Below, one piece after another: positions 39,775-51,177 of a DNA stretch of 64,000 bases. Source of the DNA: Octopus vulgaris (lineage: Eukaryota); contig OX597837.1 of assembly GCA_951406725.2 (NCBI GenBank), positions 39,184,001 to 39,248,000 on the forward strand. Direction: 5' to 3'. The position numbers were made by a program, and so were the translations under genes. A model generated the notes under the pieces. It worked only from the letters and a program-made list of their open reading frames with translations, was not told the DNA's origin and ran no database searches. The stretch's first letter is position 1, and each line of letters starts with the position of its first letter.

Positions 39775-40250
39775 TGAAGGAAAAAGAAAATAGGGGAAAA
39801 AATGGATTATGAACAATTTATTTGTATGTTATAAAATGATGAAAATATCTTTTAAAAAGCATAATCGTACAAATAAACTGATTAGTTGTATAGCTCAAAA
39901 AATAAAGTAAAGGAACGTACAAATATTTTTCAGTCCTAAGCACTTTGGTTAATTGCCAAGAAAGGTATTATATTCTAGCGATATGGAGTAAGACTTCTTT
40001 AGGGTTAATTATGAGCTTAAGTCCTACCTCATATACTAAGAATATGATACCTTTCTTAGCATTTAACCAAATGCTTGGGCGATAGGACTGAAGTATATAT
40101 GTATGTTCTTTTCTTTTATTTTTTGAGCTTTACAACTTGTAATCAATTTATTTGTAGTTATGTTTTTTAAAAGAAATTTTCATCATTTTTATAACCTACA
40201 AATAAATTATTCATACATCCATTTTTTTCCCCATTTTCTTTTTTCCTCCA
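39775..40250. repeat. Imperfect long inverted repeat (about 220-bp arms, about 20-bp spacer)
   Basis: GGAAAAAGAAAATAGGGGAAAAAATGGAT... mirrors ...ATCCATTTTTTTCCCCATTTTCTTTTTTCC, with matching throughout the arms. Confidence 0.85.
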
Positions 40251-40275
40251 TATATATATATATATATATATATAT

Positions 40276-40640
40276 AGCTATTATATAAAATCTGTTCTGT
40301 CTGTCTGTGTGTGTGTGTCTTATAGGATCTCGGGCATCCTCCATCCGATTGCACTCAAATTTGATATGTAGATACTGACGGTATCAGGGCGTGTATAAGT
40401 CTTTAAAAAAATTACAAAATTTGATTCCAGGTGAGAATGCGATCGATAAAGCCGTGGGAACGTGCATTTGTACGTGCAAGTATATCAATCGAAATCCGTC
40501 TTTTGCTGGTGTCTCAAATTTTGGTTAAATCGGTGTTTCTCCAAGGGGATGCCTATGGGACGGTCGGACAAGTTGTTTTGAGAAAATTTGGTTTAAATGT
40601 TTGACAACTCAGCACTGTCCATTGGAGGAGGGGGGGTTGC
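40276..40640 (+). mobile_element. Helitron-like element 5' part
   Basis: CTATTATATAAAA start, (GTCT)(GT)n tract and CCGATTGCACTCAAATTTG motif, typical of non-autonomous Helitron-like repeats. Confidence 0.5.
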
Positions 40641-40671
40641 TCATATATATATATATATATATATTTATGTA

Positions 40672-41045
40672 TATATAATATTAATTCGAGACAAAACCAC
40701 TATTTTGCAAAACAAACAAGGAAAGACTTAATCAATACATAAACATTTTTAATATAAAGAAATAAACCGCCACTACAATCGTTTCATGTCTTCAATGACA
40801 TTCATCAGGTGGATTTTCGATCTCCTAATCTGTTTTAATTTATGAAGTCATGAAACGATTGTAGTGGCGGTTTTTTTAACTTTTTATTAAAATTTTATGT
40901 ATTGATTAAGTCTTTCCTTGTTTGTTTTGCAAAATAGTGGTTTTGTCTCGAATTAATATTATATAATATTTTACTATAAAATTGGATTTAATCCTAAATC
41001 TGATTTTTTTCCCTGTAAATTTGGATTTATTCCCTAATATTTATT
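40672..41045. mobile_element. Penelope-like inverted terminal structure
   Basis: About 120-bp inverted arms (40672-40795 / 40842-40967) containing a hammerhead motif. The tail TTCCCTGTAAATTTGGATTTATTCCCT has a relative at about 46710. Confidence 0.65.
40770..40812 (-). ncRNA. Minimal type I hammerhead ribozyme
   Basis: Minus: CCAC CTGATGA ATGTC-ATTGAA-GACAT GAAAC-GATT-GTA GTGG. Perfect core, 4-bp stem I, 5-bp stem II, self-complementary stem III (ACGAUUGU) and a GUA cleavage triplet. Confidence 0.8.
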
Positions 41046-41426
41046 ATTATATATATATATATAGATAGATAGATAGATAGATATATGCGTTCGTTGCAAA
41101 TAAGACAAATGCACTTGTTACGTATTTCAATGAAAAACATAAAGTTCAGTCCATTTTTCTTCAAACATAGCATGTTCTTTAGCATTTCTTTTTTTTTTAA
41201 GGATTTTTATAACCGCTTGCCATATTGATAAAGGTATCGGAAAATTGATCCAACAAAGTTATGAACCAGTTAATTTTATATTTCTTACTTTCCTGAATTT
41301 TTATTATTACCGCTGCCTGGGAAAAATAAAACCCAACTGGATGGTAGTCGTGGTGCTTCTGCAAAAAACCAAGATATTGTTTGGTTCTGCAAGGCTTAAC
41401 TTGATTTCTCTCCCTTGTCCACACAG

Positions 41427-41486
41427 GTGTTGACAAGCGAGTGGGTAGAGAAGGCCTGGTAACTGATAAGCCAATGTCTGATGAAA
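41427..41486 (+). CDS. Candidate 60-nt internal exon of an unidentified gene
   Basis: Branch-like CTTAAC, pyrimidine tract and CACAG acceptor; donor AAA|GTAATT. Open in phase 1 as (x)VDKRVGREGLVTDKPMSDE. An alternative donor at 41459 gives 32 nt. Confidence 0.35.
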
Positions 41487-42660
41487 GTAATTCCTTTTGA
41501 CCTTCTCGACACCGACTGATAGCAAAAATGGGGCCTCCCCCACTCTTTTGAAAAAAGTTATTTTTTTCACTGCTTTTTCAGAAAATAAGTAATATTTATT
41601 TATAATCCTGTCTGCAAAACACCAAATTAGTAGTTTCTGTTTCGATAAAGCTTTACCAATTTGTTTTTGATTTTTAATAGATTTTTAAATATTGATAGAA
41701 AGAGGGTCAGGGTCAATTTTGGAGATTTTTTTTTTTCCGTAAAAACACGGAAAATAAAATAGGAAGGAAAATTTAAATACTTGAGATTCTTGGATATGAA
41801 TAAGTTTTACACAGTATCTTCTCACTGGTGGGGCCCCAGCATGGCCACAGCAACAGGGCTGAAATGTATAAAAGAATCTTTCAGCTTTCGTTTCATATAA
41901 AAATAACTTTGATATATGCAATGTATTTTTAATTTTCTCAGGGTAGTTGGGTTTCAAAGGAGTTGTACAAACCTAGCAATATCTGTTTTATGGTGAAAAC
42001 CAAATTTTCATTCAAACTTCCATTCCAAGTCTGACTGTTTTAAGTCATCCAGCTTGCTAATGATTTTGCCAGTTCGCCACCTTAATAATAACTTATTTCT
42101 TTATTGCCCACAGGGGGCTAAACATAGAGGGGGGAAAACAAGGAGAGACAAGGGGATTGTCGATTACAACGACCCCCCATTACGTAACTGGTATTTATTT
42201 AATCGACGCTGAAAGGATGACAGGCAAATTTGACCTTGGCGGAATTTGAACTCAGAACGTAGTGACGGGCAAAATATTGCTAAGCACCGCCTTAATAATG
42301 ATGATAATAATAATAAAAAATAATAATAATAATAGTAATTTCAAATTTTGGCACAAGGGCAGCAATTTCGGGGAGAAGAGGTAAGTCAATTACATTGACC
42401 CCAATGCTCAACTGGTACTTATTTTATTGACCCCGAAAGTATCAAAGGCAGTCGAACTTGGCAGAATTTGAACTCCGAACATAAAGACGTATGAACTGCC
42501 ATGGAGTATATTCTCCGGAATGTTAACGATTCTGTCAGCTTACCACCTTAAAGAGCTGGAAGGAATATTGCCAGACATTTTTATGACATTCTAGCATTTC
42601 TGCCAGCTCAATAAAAGTAATATCAATTAGCCATTCATCACTCTTTTTATTTATGTCATT

Positions 42661-43200
42661 AGGCGCAGGAGTGGCTGTGCGGTAAGTAGCTTGCTTACCA
42701 ACCACATGGTTCCGAGTTCAGTCCCACTGCATGGCACTTTGGGCAAGTGTCTTCTACTATAGCATCGGGCCGACCAAAGCCTTGTGAGTGGATTTGGTAG
42801 ACAGAAACTGAAAGAAGCCTGTCGTATATATGTATATCACCTTGATCACCTTGACCAGCTAGTCCGTCAGGCATCAATTTGACACCGCTGGTCACAGCAT
42901 GCTGTCCACTCCTTTCTGGATTGAGCCTTTCTCATCCACGTGATCCCAATCGTCCTCCTTAAATCGTAACTCCACCGTCGTGGAGGCCTATGTTTGTGTG
43001 TCTGTGTTTGTCCCTCCCACCCAGCATTGCCTGACAACCTGTGCTGGTGTGTTTACATCCCCGTAACTTAGCGGTTCGGCAAAAGAGACCGTTAGAATAA
43101 GTTCTATGCTTACAAAGAATAAGTCCTGGGGTCGATTTGCTCGACTAAAGGCAGTGCTCCAGTATGGCCATAGTCAAATGACTGAAACAGGTAAAGAGAG
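42661..43200 (+). mobile_element. SINE family A with nested RTE fragment
   Basis: The microsatellite region is interrupted by 42836-42990. Confidence 0.85.
42836..42990 (-). mobile_element. Second RTE-type LINE family, extreme 3' end
   Basis: Minus translation RPPRRWSYDLRRTIGITWMRKAQSRKEWTACCDQR, with a (CAAGGTGAT)2 tail. Confidence 0.75.
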
Positions 43201-43474
43201 TCATAATACCACCTTAATCCTTTTACTATTGTGACACATTTTCACCTGTATTTTCTATCTTAAGAAAACTGCACTCACACACCCACACACACAGAAGTAC
43301 GTGTGTGGGTGGGCTTTGTCTTTTTCTTTTTTATCATAATTCTTCTTACTTTTTGATATGACAATGAAAACATTGTAAGTGTGGGGCGTCTCCAAATTTA
43401 ACCAATAAATTTTACACAAAGTTACGCATTTACACACATAGACCTGCGCAATAACTATATATATATATATATAT

Positions 43475-43690
43475 ATAAAGTTAATCCAAACTTGAAAACA
43501 CAAAGAGATAACACAACAATGCGAGGACGTGGAACAAATAAAGTATTATTGGACGCTCAGGAAAGGAAAGGAAGAAGGAGGATTTAATGTTTCGAGCGGA
43601 GCTCTTCATCAGAAACGTAGAAAAAGGAAAGATCCAAGGAAGGGAAGGCGGAGGAAAAAAATCACCAACGATACACACTCGGTCTCATGT
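43475..43690 (-). mobile_element. Short Penelope-like element with hammerhead-like motif (43583-43616)
   Basis: Minus: TTT CTGATGA A GAGC-TCC-GCTC GAAA CATT AAA. A related + strand element at about 45130-45320 has CTTT CTGTCGAA GAGC-ATAG-GCTC GAAACGTT AAAG. Confidence 0.55.
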
Positions 43691-43890
43691 CTGCATGCAA
43701 GTATTTTTATATATAGGTAATATATATATATATATATATATAAACTACTCTCACTAGAGACCTGTTTTACATTAACTAATACTCTAATGGCTTAACTGTC
43801 CTACAAATATTAACTGTCCTACAAATAAACATTGCATGATATATTTATGCACATACAGGTGCCATGTAAAAAGCCTTGGTGATGGTGCCA

Positions 43891-44116
43891 TACTCTTTTA
43901 CTTGTTTCAGTCATTTGACTGCGGCCATGCTGGAGCACCGCCTTTAGTCGAGCAAATCGAGCCCGGGACTTATTCTTTGTAAGCCCAGTACTTTATTCTA
44001 TCGGTCTCTTTTGCCGAACTGCTAATTTACTGGGACGCAAACACACTAGCATCGGTTGTCAAGCGATGTTGGGGGGACAGACACAGACACACAAACATAA
44101 ATATATGTGTGTATTC

Positions 44117-44177
<61 letters not shown>

Positions 44178-44346
44178 TATATACGATGGGCTTCTTTCAG
44201 TTTCCGTCTATCAAATCCACTCACAAGGCTTTGGTCGGCCTGAGTCTATACTAGAAGACACTTGCCCAAGGAGCCACGCAGTGGGACTGAACCTAGAAAC
44301 ATGTGGTTGGTAAGCAAGCTACTTACCACACAGCCACTCCTGCGCC
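43891..44346 (-). mobile_element. SINE family A
   Basis: Full-length match. Confidence 0.9.
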
Positions 44347-45317
44347 ATGTAAAAAAAAACAAAACAAATAATCTGGTGCCAGTGTCAAAGACACATGAAC
44401 ATGTATTGTCAAGTTAACATGTAGACAGGGTTATAATCCAAGGTGTATCCTCATGAAGCACATCTGTTTATTATAGTTCTCTAAAGTATATCCAATGATG
44501 TTGTGATATGTATGAGATTTGAAAACACTGGAGAATTCTGTTAAATACTGGAAAATATTTATTGTGGAGTAATTAATTACATATTAAAAGAGAAAACTGG
44601 AAAAATATTGTGGTATTATTATTATTATTATTTTTTTTTTTGGTATTGAGCTGGCAGAATCATTAGCATGCTGGGTAAAATGCTTAGTATTTCGTCTGCA
44701 ATTACGTTCTGAGTTCAAATCAAGAATTTAGCTAGGTATGGCAGTGTGGCAAAGAAGCTTGCTTCCCAACCACATGGTTGTGGGTTCAGTCCCACTGCAT
44801 GGCACTTTGGGCAAGTTATATATAATCACATGATCACGTGACTGACCAGACCATCAGATGTTACACATCGTTGGTCACAATGCTTTCACATTGTTTTAGC
44901 CTTTGAATGACGGCACCCCGCTGGCTAAGCGAGCAGGCCAACAGAAGAAAGAGTGGTGATAGAGTACAGCAGAGATCACCACCCCCTGCCGGAGCCTCGT
45001 GGAGCTTTTAGGTGTTTTCGCTCAATAAACACTCACAACGCCCGGTCTGGGAATTGAAACCGCGATCCTGCGACCACGAGTCCGCTGCCCTAACCACTAG
45101 GCCATTGCGCCTCCACATATATATATATATCTCGCCATGATAGTTCGCTAAACCTTTTTCTATTTTCTCTCCCTGTTTATTTCTGTGTTCCTTTCTGTCG
45201 AAGAGCATAGGCTCGAAACGTTAAAGACTTTTTCACTTCCTGAGTATTAAACTAATACATCTGTTTGTTGTTTACACACTCGTCTTCATCATCTAACGGT
45301 TTTTTGTAAATTCTCCG

Positions 45318-45378
<61 letters not shown>

Positions 45379-46217
45379 TGTGTGTTTCTTTGTGTCTGTG
45401 TTTGTCCCCCATCACTGCTCGACACCCAGTATTGGTGTGTTTACGTCCCTGTAACTTAGCTGTTTGGCAAAAGAGACCAATAGAATAAGTACTTGGCTTA
45501 AAAAATGTGCTTAAAAAAGGTGGTGCTCCAGCATGGCCGTCGTCAGATGACTGAACCAAGTAAAAGAATAGGATTAAAAAAACTTCGTTATATATCTGGT
45601 AAACATAAAATTTTAATGGAAAGTTTAAATCTAGATCACTTTAAAACACTAAGTTTATCTCGTAGAAGCCAGGAGTGGTGTTTTTTTTTTTGTCATATTG
45701 GTGTCAAGGGGGTTAAAGGTCAATCATTTATCTTTCCTTCTCATGACGTGGCTTTATCATCTTGGTCATCTCTCTATCATTTGATACTTTTTAAACTGAT
45801 TAAGATGACCGAGATGACCTTTTGTTGCCATATTTCCATTGAAATAGCCACTCACAAGGCTTCAGTTGGCTCAAGGCCATAGTAAAAAGCACCTGCACAT
45901 GGTGCCATGCAGAGGGACGGAACCTGGAACTATGGTTGAGGAGCAAACCGCCCACCACATAGCCATACCCATGCGTGTATATGTACATACACATACACAC
46001 ACATTCTTATACAAGAATGTTGACAGTGAGTTTGAAGTCTTGGCTAGGTAAGCCATCATCCGATGATGGCTTAGCTGCCCCAAACTTCGAAGTCACTATT
46101 AAAAATATTCTTGTTTAAGAATATAAAATTTTTACTCTACAAAACCTATCATATTATTGTAAAATTGTTTTTATTATAATTGAACATAAAAGCAATCGTT
46201 AATATAAATATATATAT

Positions 46218-46615
46218 AGGCGCAGGAGTGGCTGTGTGGTAAGTAGCTTGCTTACGAACCACATGGTTCCGGGTTCAGTTCCACTGTGTGGCAGCTTGGG
46301 CAACTGTCTTCTACTATAGCCTCGGGCCGACCAATGCCTTGAGAGTGGATTTGTTAGACGGAAACTGAAAGAAGCCCGTCGTATATATGTACATATATAT
46401 ATGTGTGCGTGTATGTTTGTGTGTCCCCCTAGCATTGCTTGACAACCGATGCTGGTGTGTTTACGTCCCCGTCACTTAGCGGTTCGGCAAAAGAGACCGA
46501 TATAATAAGTACTGGGCTTACAAAGAATAAGTCCCGGGGTCGATTTGCTCGACTAAAGGTGGTGCTCCAGCATGGCCGCAGTCAAATGACTGAAACAAGT
46601 AAAAGAGTAAAGAGT
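46218..46615 (+). mobile_element. SINE family A
   Basis: Full-length match. Confidence 0.9.
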
Positions 46616-46616
46616 A

Positions 46617-46665
<49 letters not shown>

Positions 46666-47074
46666 TGTGTGAAATTTGATTTAGTATTTCTAAATTGAAT
46701 TTTTTTTTTCCTTGTAAGTATGGATTTTATTCCCTCAAGTAATAATTATTAAATATATATATATATATAGTGGTTGGCGTTAGGAAAGGCATCCAGCGGT
46801 AGAAACTCTGCCAGATCAAGACTGGAGCCTGGTGCAGCCATCTGGTTTGCCAGCCTTCAGTCAAAATCGTCCAACCCATGCTAGCATGGAAAGCGGACGT
46901 TAAATGATGATGATGATATATAAAATATATATATATATACCGGAGTAAACACATAAATGTGGAACAAGGTGGAAAAAAGAGTACTCAAATACCAGTGGTA
47001 GAGTAATATGCTTTATTTAAAGCGTTACTCTGAGTTTCCCGTTCCCGTTCGTCGGACAGTTTTTCTAGCAAAAA

Positions 47075-47112
47075 CTGTCCGACGAACGGGAACGTGAAAC
47101 TCAGAGTAACAG
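47075..47112 (+). ncRNA. Minimal type I hammerhead ribozyme with variant core CCGACGA, in a 41-bp palindrome (47024-47110)
   Basis: CTGT CCGACGA ACG-GGAA-CGT GAAA CTC-A-GAG TA ACAG: 4-bp stem I, GNRA-capped stem II, palindromic stem III and a GUA site. Confidence 0.7.
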
Positions 47113-47144
47113 GTTTTGTTGAATTTTGTGCTTCTTTAAATAAA

Positions 47145-47205
<61 letters not shown>

Positions 47206-47240
47206 TACCACATCTGTGTGCGTGCGTGTGTGTATGTATG

Positions 47241-47288
<48 letters not shown>

Positions 47289-47741
47289 TGTGGTGGGCCT
47301 TTTACAGTTGCCGTCCACCAATGTTTCACCAGAAAACTACCCTTCATTCGAACTTGGAACGGATGGACAGACAGACAGACAGACGGACGGATGGATGAAT
47401 GATAGACACTGGCTAAGCGCTGTTTATGTAGCGTCTAGTCAGGGGAGGACAAAACATGGAGCAAATATATTTATTGGCTTTTGATGTTATTGGCGTAAAC
47501 AGCACAGTGGTCGGTGATGCGTGACCCAAACAGTGTTTGTACAAGTTTTTGCTGAGAGAGAACGTGTCTGGCACTGCACCAAATTGGTCACTGAAGCAAA
47601 TCTATAACAAGAGACCAGAGTTATATGAAATTTAATAATGACATTGTTGTCTAGTGTATTAAATAGTCTGAGGCATTGTACAGCTATAACAATGACAACA
47701 GCAATAATAATAATAATAATAATAATAATGATGATAATAGC

Positions 47742-48330
47742 AAAAAAGTAGATGTATGCAATCCTCTTAAATATAAGAAGGCTTGACTGTGGAAAATGAA
47801 GAATGTGAAGATAGTGCCAGTTATTGTTGGGTCCTTTGGGGACAGTGTCAGAAAGCATCAAGGGAAATATATAAAGGAAATGGGAACAGAATATCAAATA
47901 GAATTGTTACAAAAGGTTTTGTCTTCTTGGCACGGCCAGAATAATCAGGAAAGTGTTTGATAGTTGAGAAGAACAGAGAGCATGGTACCGTAGATTGCCG
48001 CAAAATCTGAGTTAAAAAGGAATAATGTAATAATGTACAATTCTCTTGAATATGAAATTGCCCGGCTATGAAGAATGAAGAGTGTGAAGATTGTGACAAT
48101 TGTTGTTGGGTCCTTTGGGGGACAGTATCAAAAGGCATCAAGAGGAATATAAAGGAAATGGTAATTGAGTGCCAAGTAGAACTGTTACAAAAGACCTGCC
48201 TCCTTGGCACTGCCAGAATCACTAGGAAAGTTTTAGATAGTTGAAAAGGACAGCACGGTACTGTTGGCAGCAGGTAGTAGGCCCACTATTCATGCTAGAC
48301 CCTAAGGGTTCTAACAAAATCTGAGTTAAA
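47742..48330 (+). mobile_element. Two tandem R4/Dong-type non-LTR retrotransposon 3' ends next to (TAA)n
   Basis: Frameshifted translation LWKMKNVKIVPVIVGS/LGTVS..KYIKEMGTEYQIELLQK/CLLGTARIIRKVFDS*, repeated as ..QVELLQKTCLLGTARITRKVLDS*; preceded by (AAT)n. Confidence 0.8.
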
Positions 48331-48439
48331 AGTACCCTTGATGTGTTGGGCGATATGATATGCTTGAGTAGGCCTGTTGAGTCAAGTAAAACCAAAACCA
48401 AAATCATAGCTTTGGCCAGTGCCCCTTGACTGGCTCCCA

Positions 48440-48991
48440 TAACTGCTAAGTTATGGGGACGTAAACACACCAGCATCGGTTGTCAAGCGATGTTGGGAGG
48501 ACAAATACAGACACACAAACACACACAAACATATATACATATATATGATGGGCTTCTTTCAGTTTCCGTCTACCAAATTCACTCACAAGGCTTTGGTTGG
48601 CCTGAGGCTATAGTAGAAGACGCTTGCCCAAGGTGCCACGTAGTGGGACTGAATGACACTTGCCCAAGGTGCCACGTAGTGGGACTGAATGACACTTGCC
48701 CAAGGTGCCATGCAGTGGGACTGAATGACACTTGTCCAAGGTGCCATGCAGTGGGACTGAATGACACTTGCCCAAGGTGCCATGCAGTGGGACTGAATGA
48801 CACTTGCCCAAGGTGCCATGCAGTGGGACTGAATGACACTTGCCCAAGGTGCCATGCAGTGGGACTGAATGACACTTGCCTAAGGTGCTATGTAGTGGGA
48901 CTGAATGACACTAGCCCAAGGTGCGATGCAGTGGGACTGAATCAAGAACCATGTGGTTGGTAAGCAAGCTACTTACCACACAGCCACTCCT
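48440..48991 (-). mobile_element. SINE family A with internal 36-bp x9 expansion (48619-48942)
   Basis: Unit GACACTTGCCCAAGGTGCCATGCAGTGGGACTGAAT with exact period 36. Confidence 0.93.
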
Positions 48992-49949
48992 GTTTTAAAA
49001 AAAGCGTTTTAAAACGAAAACCTCTCCAGCCTAGAAACTCATTATAGGAAAGATCTTAATTTTGGGAAAAACATTTTTACTTAGTAATTAATCAGTTCCC
49101 ATGATAGAAGTTCTATACAATAATATTTAAAAGGATTTATTTAAATGACTATTGTACTTAGATTTCAATAATGGATTGATTAATTACATGTTCATAAATA
49201 ATTAATGAATCCACCATGGAAATGTGCGTGCAATGGTTAATCAAATGAACCATATTACAGATATATGCACACAGACACACATACACATACATCTGTACAA
49301 GTGTGTGTGTGTGTGTGTATATGTATATATTTATGGACACATATTTTCGTACATATACGTATGTATACGTGTGTGTGTGTGTATATATATATATGTATAC
49401 GTATACATATATACACACACACACACACATATGCAGATACATATATACATACATACGTGCAGACACACATGCATACATGTGTATACATATACATATGTGT
49501 ATGTATGTATATATATATTTATGTGTGTGTATACACACACACACAAACACACATATATGAATATGTGTGTGTATATATGTATACACACACATACATATGC
49601 ATATGTATACGCACACATATAAACACACATTTATTTCTGTATATGTATTTTATTTGGTGGGTCTGGTGGAAGCGGCATGGACCCTAATCTCTTCAGGCCC
49701 TGCCAGACTGATGAAATTGAACTCTAACAATGCACCTGTTGACCTTTTTATATGTTAACCCCTATAAGAAAGATATGAGCAGGAACAAAATTTGGGGGGG
49801 GGGAACTTTCTGGGAATGAAAGATAGGGTGCAGTAATAAGCATGAGGCATAAGGGTATGGAAAGAGGAGAGATGAATGGTTAGGGAATACCCAGGTGAGT
49901 AGGGAGTGAAACAAGGGCTAACTAAAAGTATGAAAACAAGTATGAACCT

Positions 49950-50105
49950 CATTTACATTATTTACATTTGACGGATATTTGTTCTCATCTTGTTTGTTGT
50001 TAACACAATGTTTCGGTCGGCATACCCTCCAGCCTTCATCAGGTGTCTTGGGGAAATTTTGAACCTGGGTTCTCATTCCTAAGGTATTTTTCGATATTAT
50101 TATTA
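49950..50105 (-). mobile_element. Short Penelope-like element with degenerate hammerhead (50002-50047)
   Basis: Minus: GACAC CTGATGA A GGCTGG-AGGGTATG-CCGACC GAAA CATT GTGTT. Confidence 0.55.
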
Positions 50106-50165
50106 CCACTTGGTGTAGTGGTTAAGAGCGCAGGCTACTAACCCTAAGATTCCAAGTTCGATTCC

Positions 50166-50197
<32 letters not shown>

Positions 50198-50561
50198 CAG
50201 CATCACCTTACTGGCACTTGTACCAATGGCACATGAAAAAACATTTGAGCGAGGTCGTTGCCAGTGCCGCTGGACTGGTTCCTGTGTAATGGCATGTAAA
50301 AAATACCATTTGAGCGTGGCCGTTGCCAGTACCGCCTGACTGGCCCCCGTGCCGGTGACGCGTAAAAGCACCCACTACACTCTCGGAGTGGTTGGTGTTA
50401 GGAAGGGCATCCAACTGTAGAAACTCTGCCAGATCAAGATTGGAGCTTGGTGCGACTTAATCCGTTTGTCTGTCCTTGTTCATGCCCTCTGTGTTTAGCC
50501 CCTTGTGGGTAGTAAAGCAATAGGTATTAACTTGACCCTTTCCCTCAAAATTACTGACCTT

Positions 50562-51133
50562 ATGCCTAAATCTGATGGGAAGAGGGGAGTGGGTATGTTG
50601 GTGTAATGGTAACACACTTGTCACAAAACCAAAGAGATGTAGGTTCAAGTCCCATGCGTGTGGAAATCCTACTTTTTTTGTCGAGTGCTTATATGCCCCA
50701 ATATTAGAGACTATTTTCTTTAGTCATTAAGTGGTTAATTGCTAATAAGCTTTAAGCTTATGAAACATCAATTACAAAACCGTAAAAATCAACACTCCTT
50801 ACCAAAAACCATCGCAGAAAACACACCATGTTTGTTTACAAAAGCGCTGAGCTAATTATGGTTCCTAAATCTGATGATAAAAAGCCATGGATATGTTGGT
50901 GCAATGGTAACAAACTTGTCGCAAAAAAGAAAGAACTGTGGGTTTGCGTCCCATGCATACGGAAACCCCTACTTTTTCTGTCGAGGGCTTATATGCCCCA
51001 GTATTAGACTACTTTCTTTAATCAATACGCGGTGGTTGCCAATAAGCTTTAAGCTTATAAAATATCCTTTATAGGACTGTAAAACTCGGCACCGCTTATC
51101 AAATCATTGGAGAAAACGCATATGCTTGTTTAT
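50562..51133 (+). repeat. 298-bp diverged tandem duplication, each unit with a tRNA-like head and oligo-T
   Basis: TGGTGTAATGG (A box), D-stem GTGT/ACAC, GGTTCAAGTCC (B box) and TTTTTTT at about 50592-50680; second copy at about 50890-50978. Confidence 0.6.
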
Positions 51134-51177
51134 AGAAACTTAGTATTGTAATCTTAGATACACCTGTCTCTACACCT

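Noticed and set aside
41427-41458. VLTSEWVEKAW resembling a BRCT helix-3 motif
   Set aside because: An 11-aa resemblance only, with no other BRCT exons visible, so no gene assignment was made.
48490-48963. 157-aa ORF with repeated DTCPRCHAVGLN (CxxCH heme-like or zinc-like motif)
   Set aside because: It is the antisense translation of a SINE segment amplified in tandem; the same peptide appears in most SINE A copies.
50110-50166. tRNA gene
   Set aside because: Only A and B boxes are present with no acceptor stem, and it is bounded by TAA repeats, so it is a truncated SINE head. No intact tRNA, rRNA or snRNA gene was recognised in the window.
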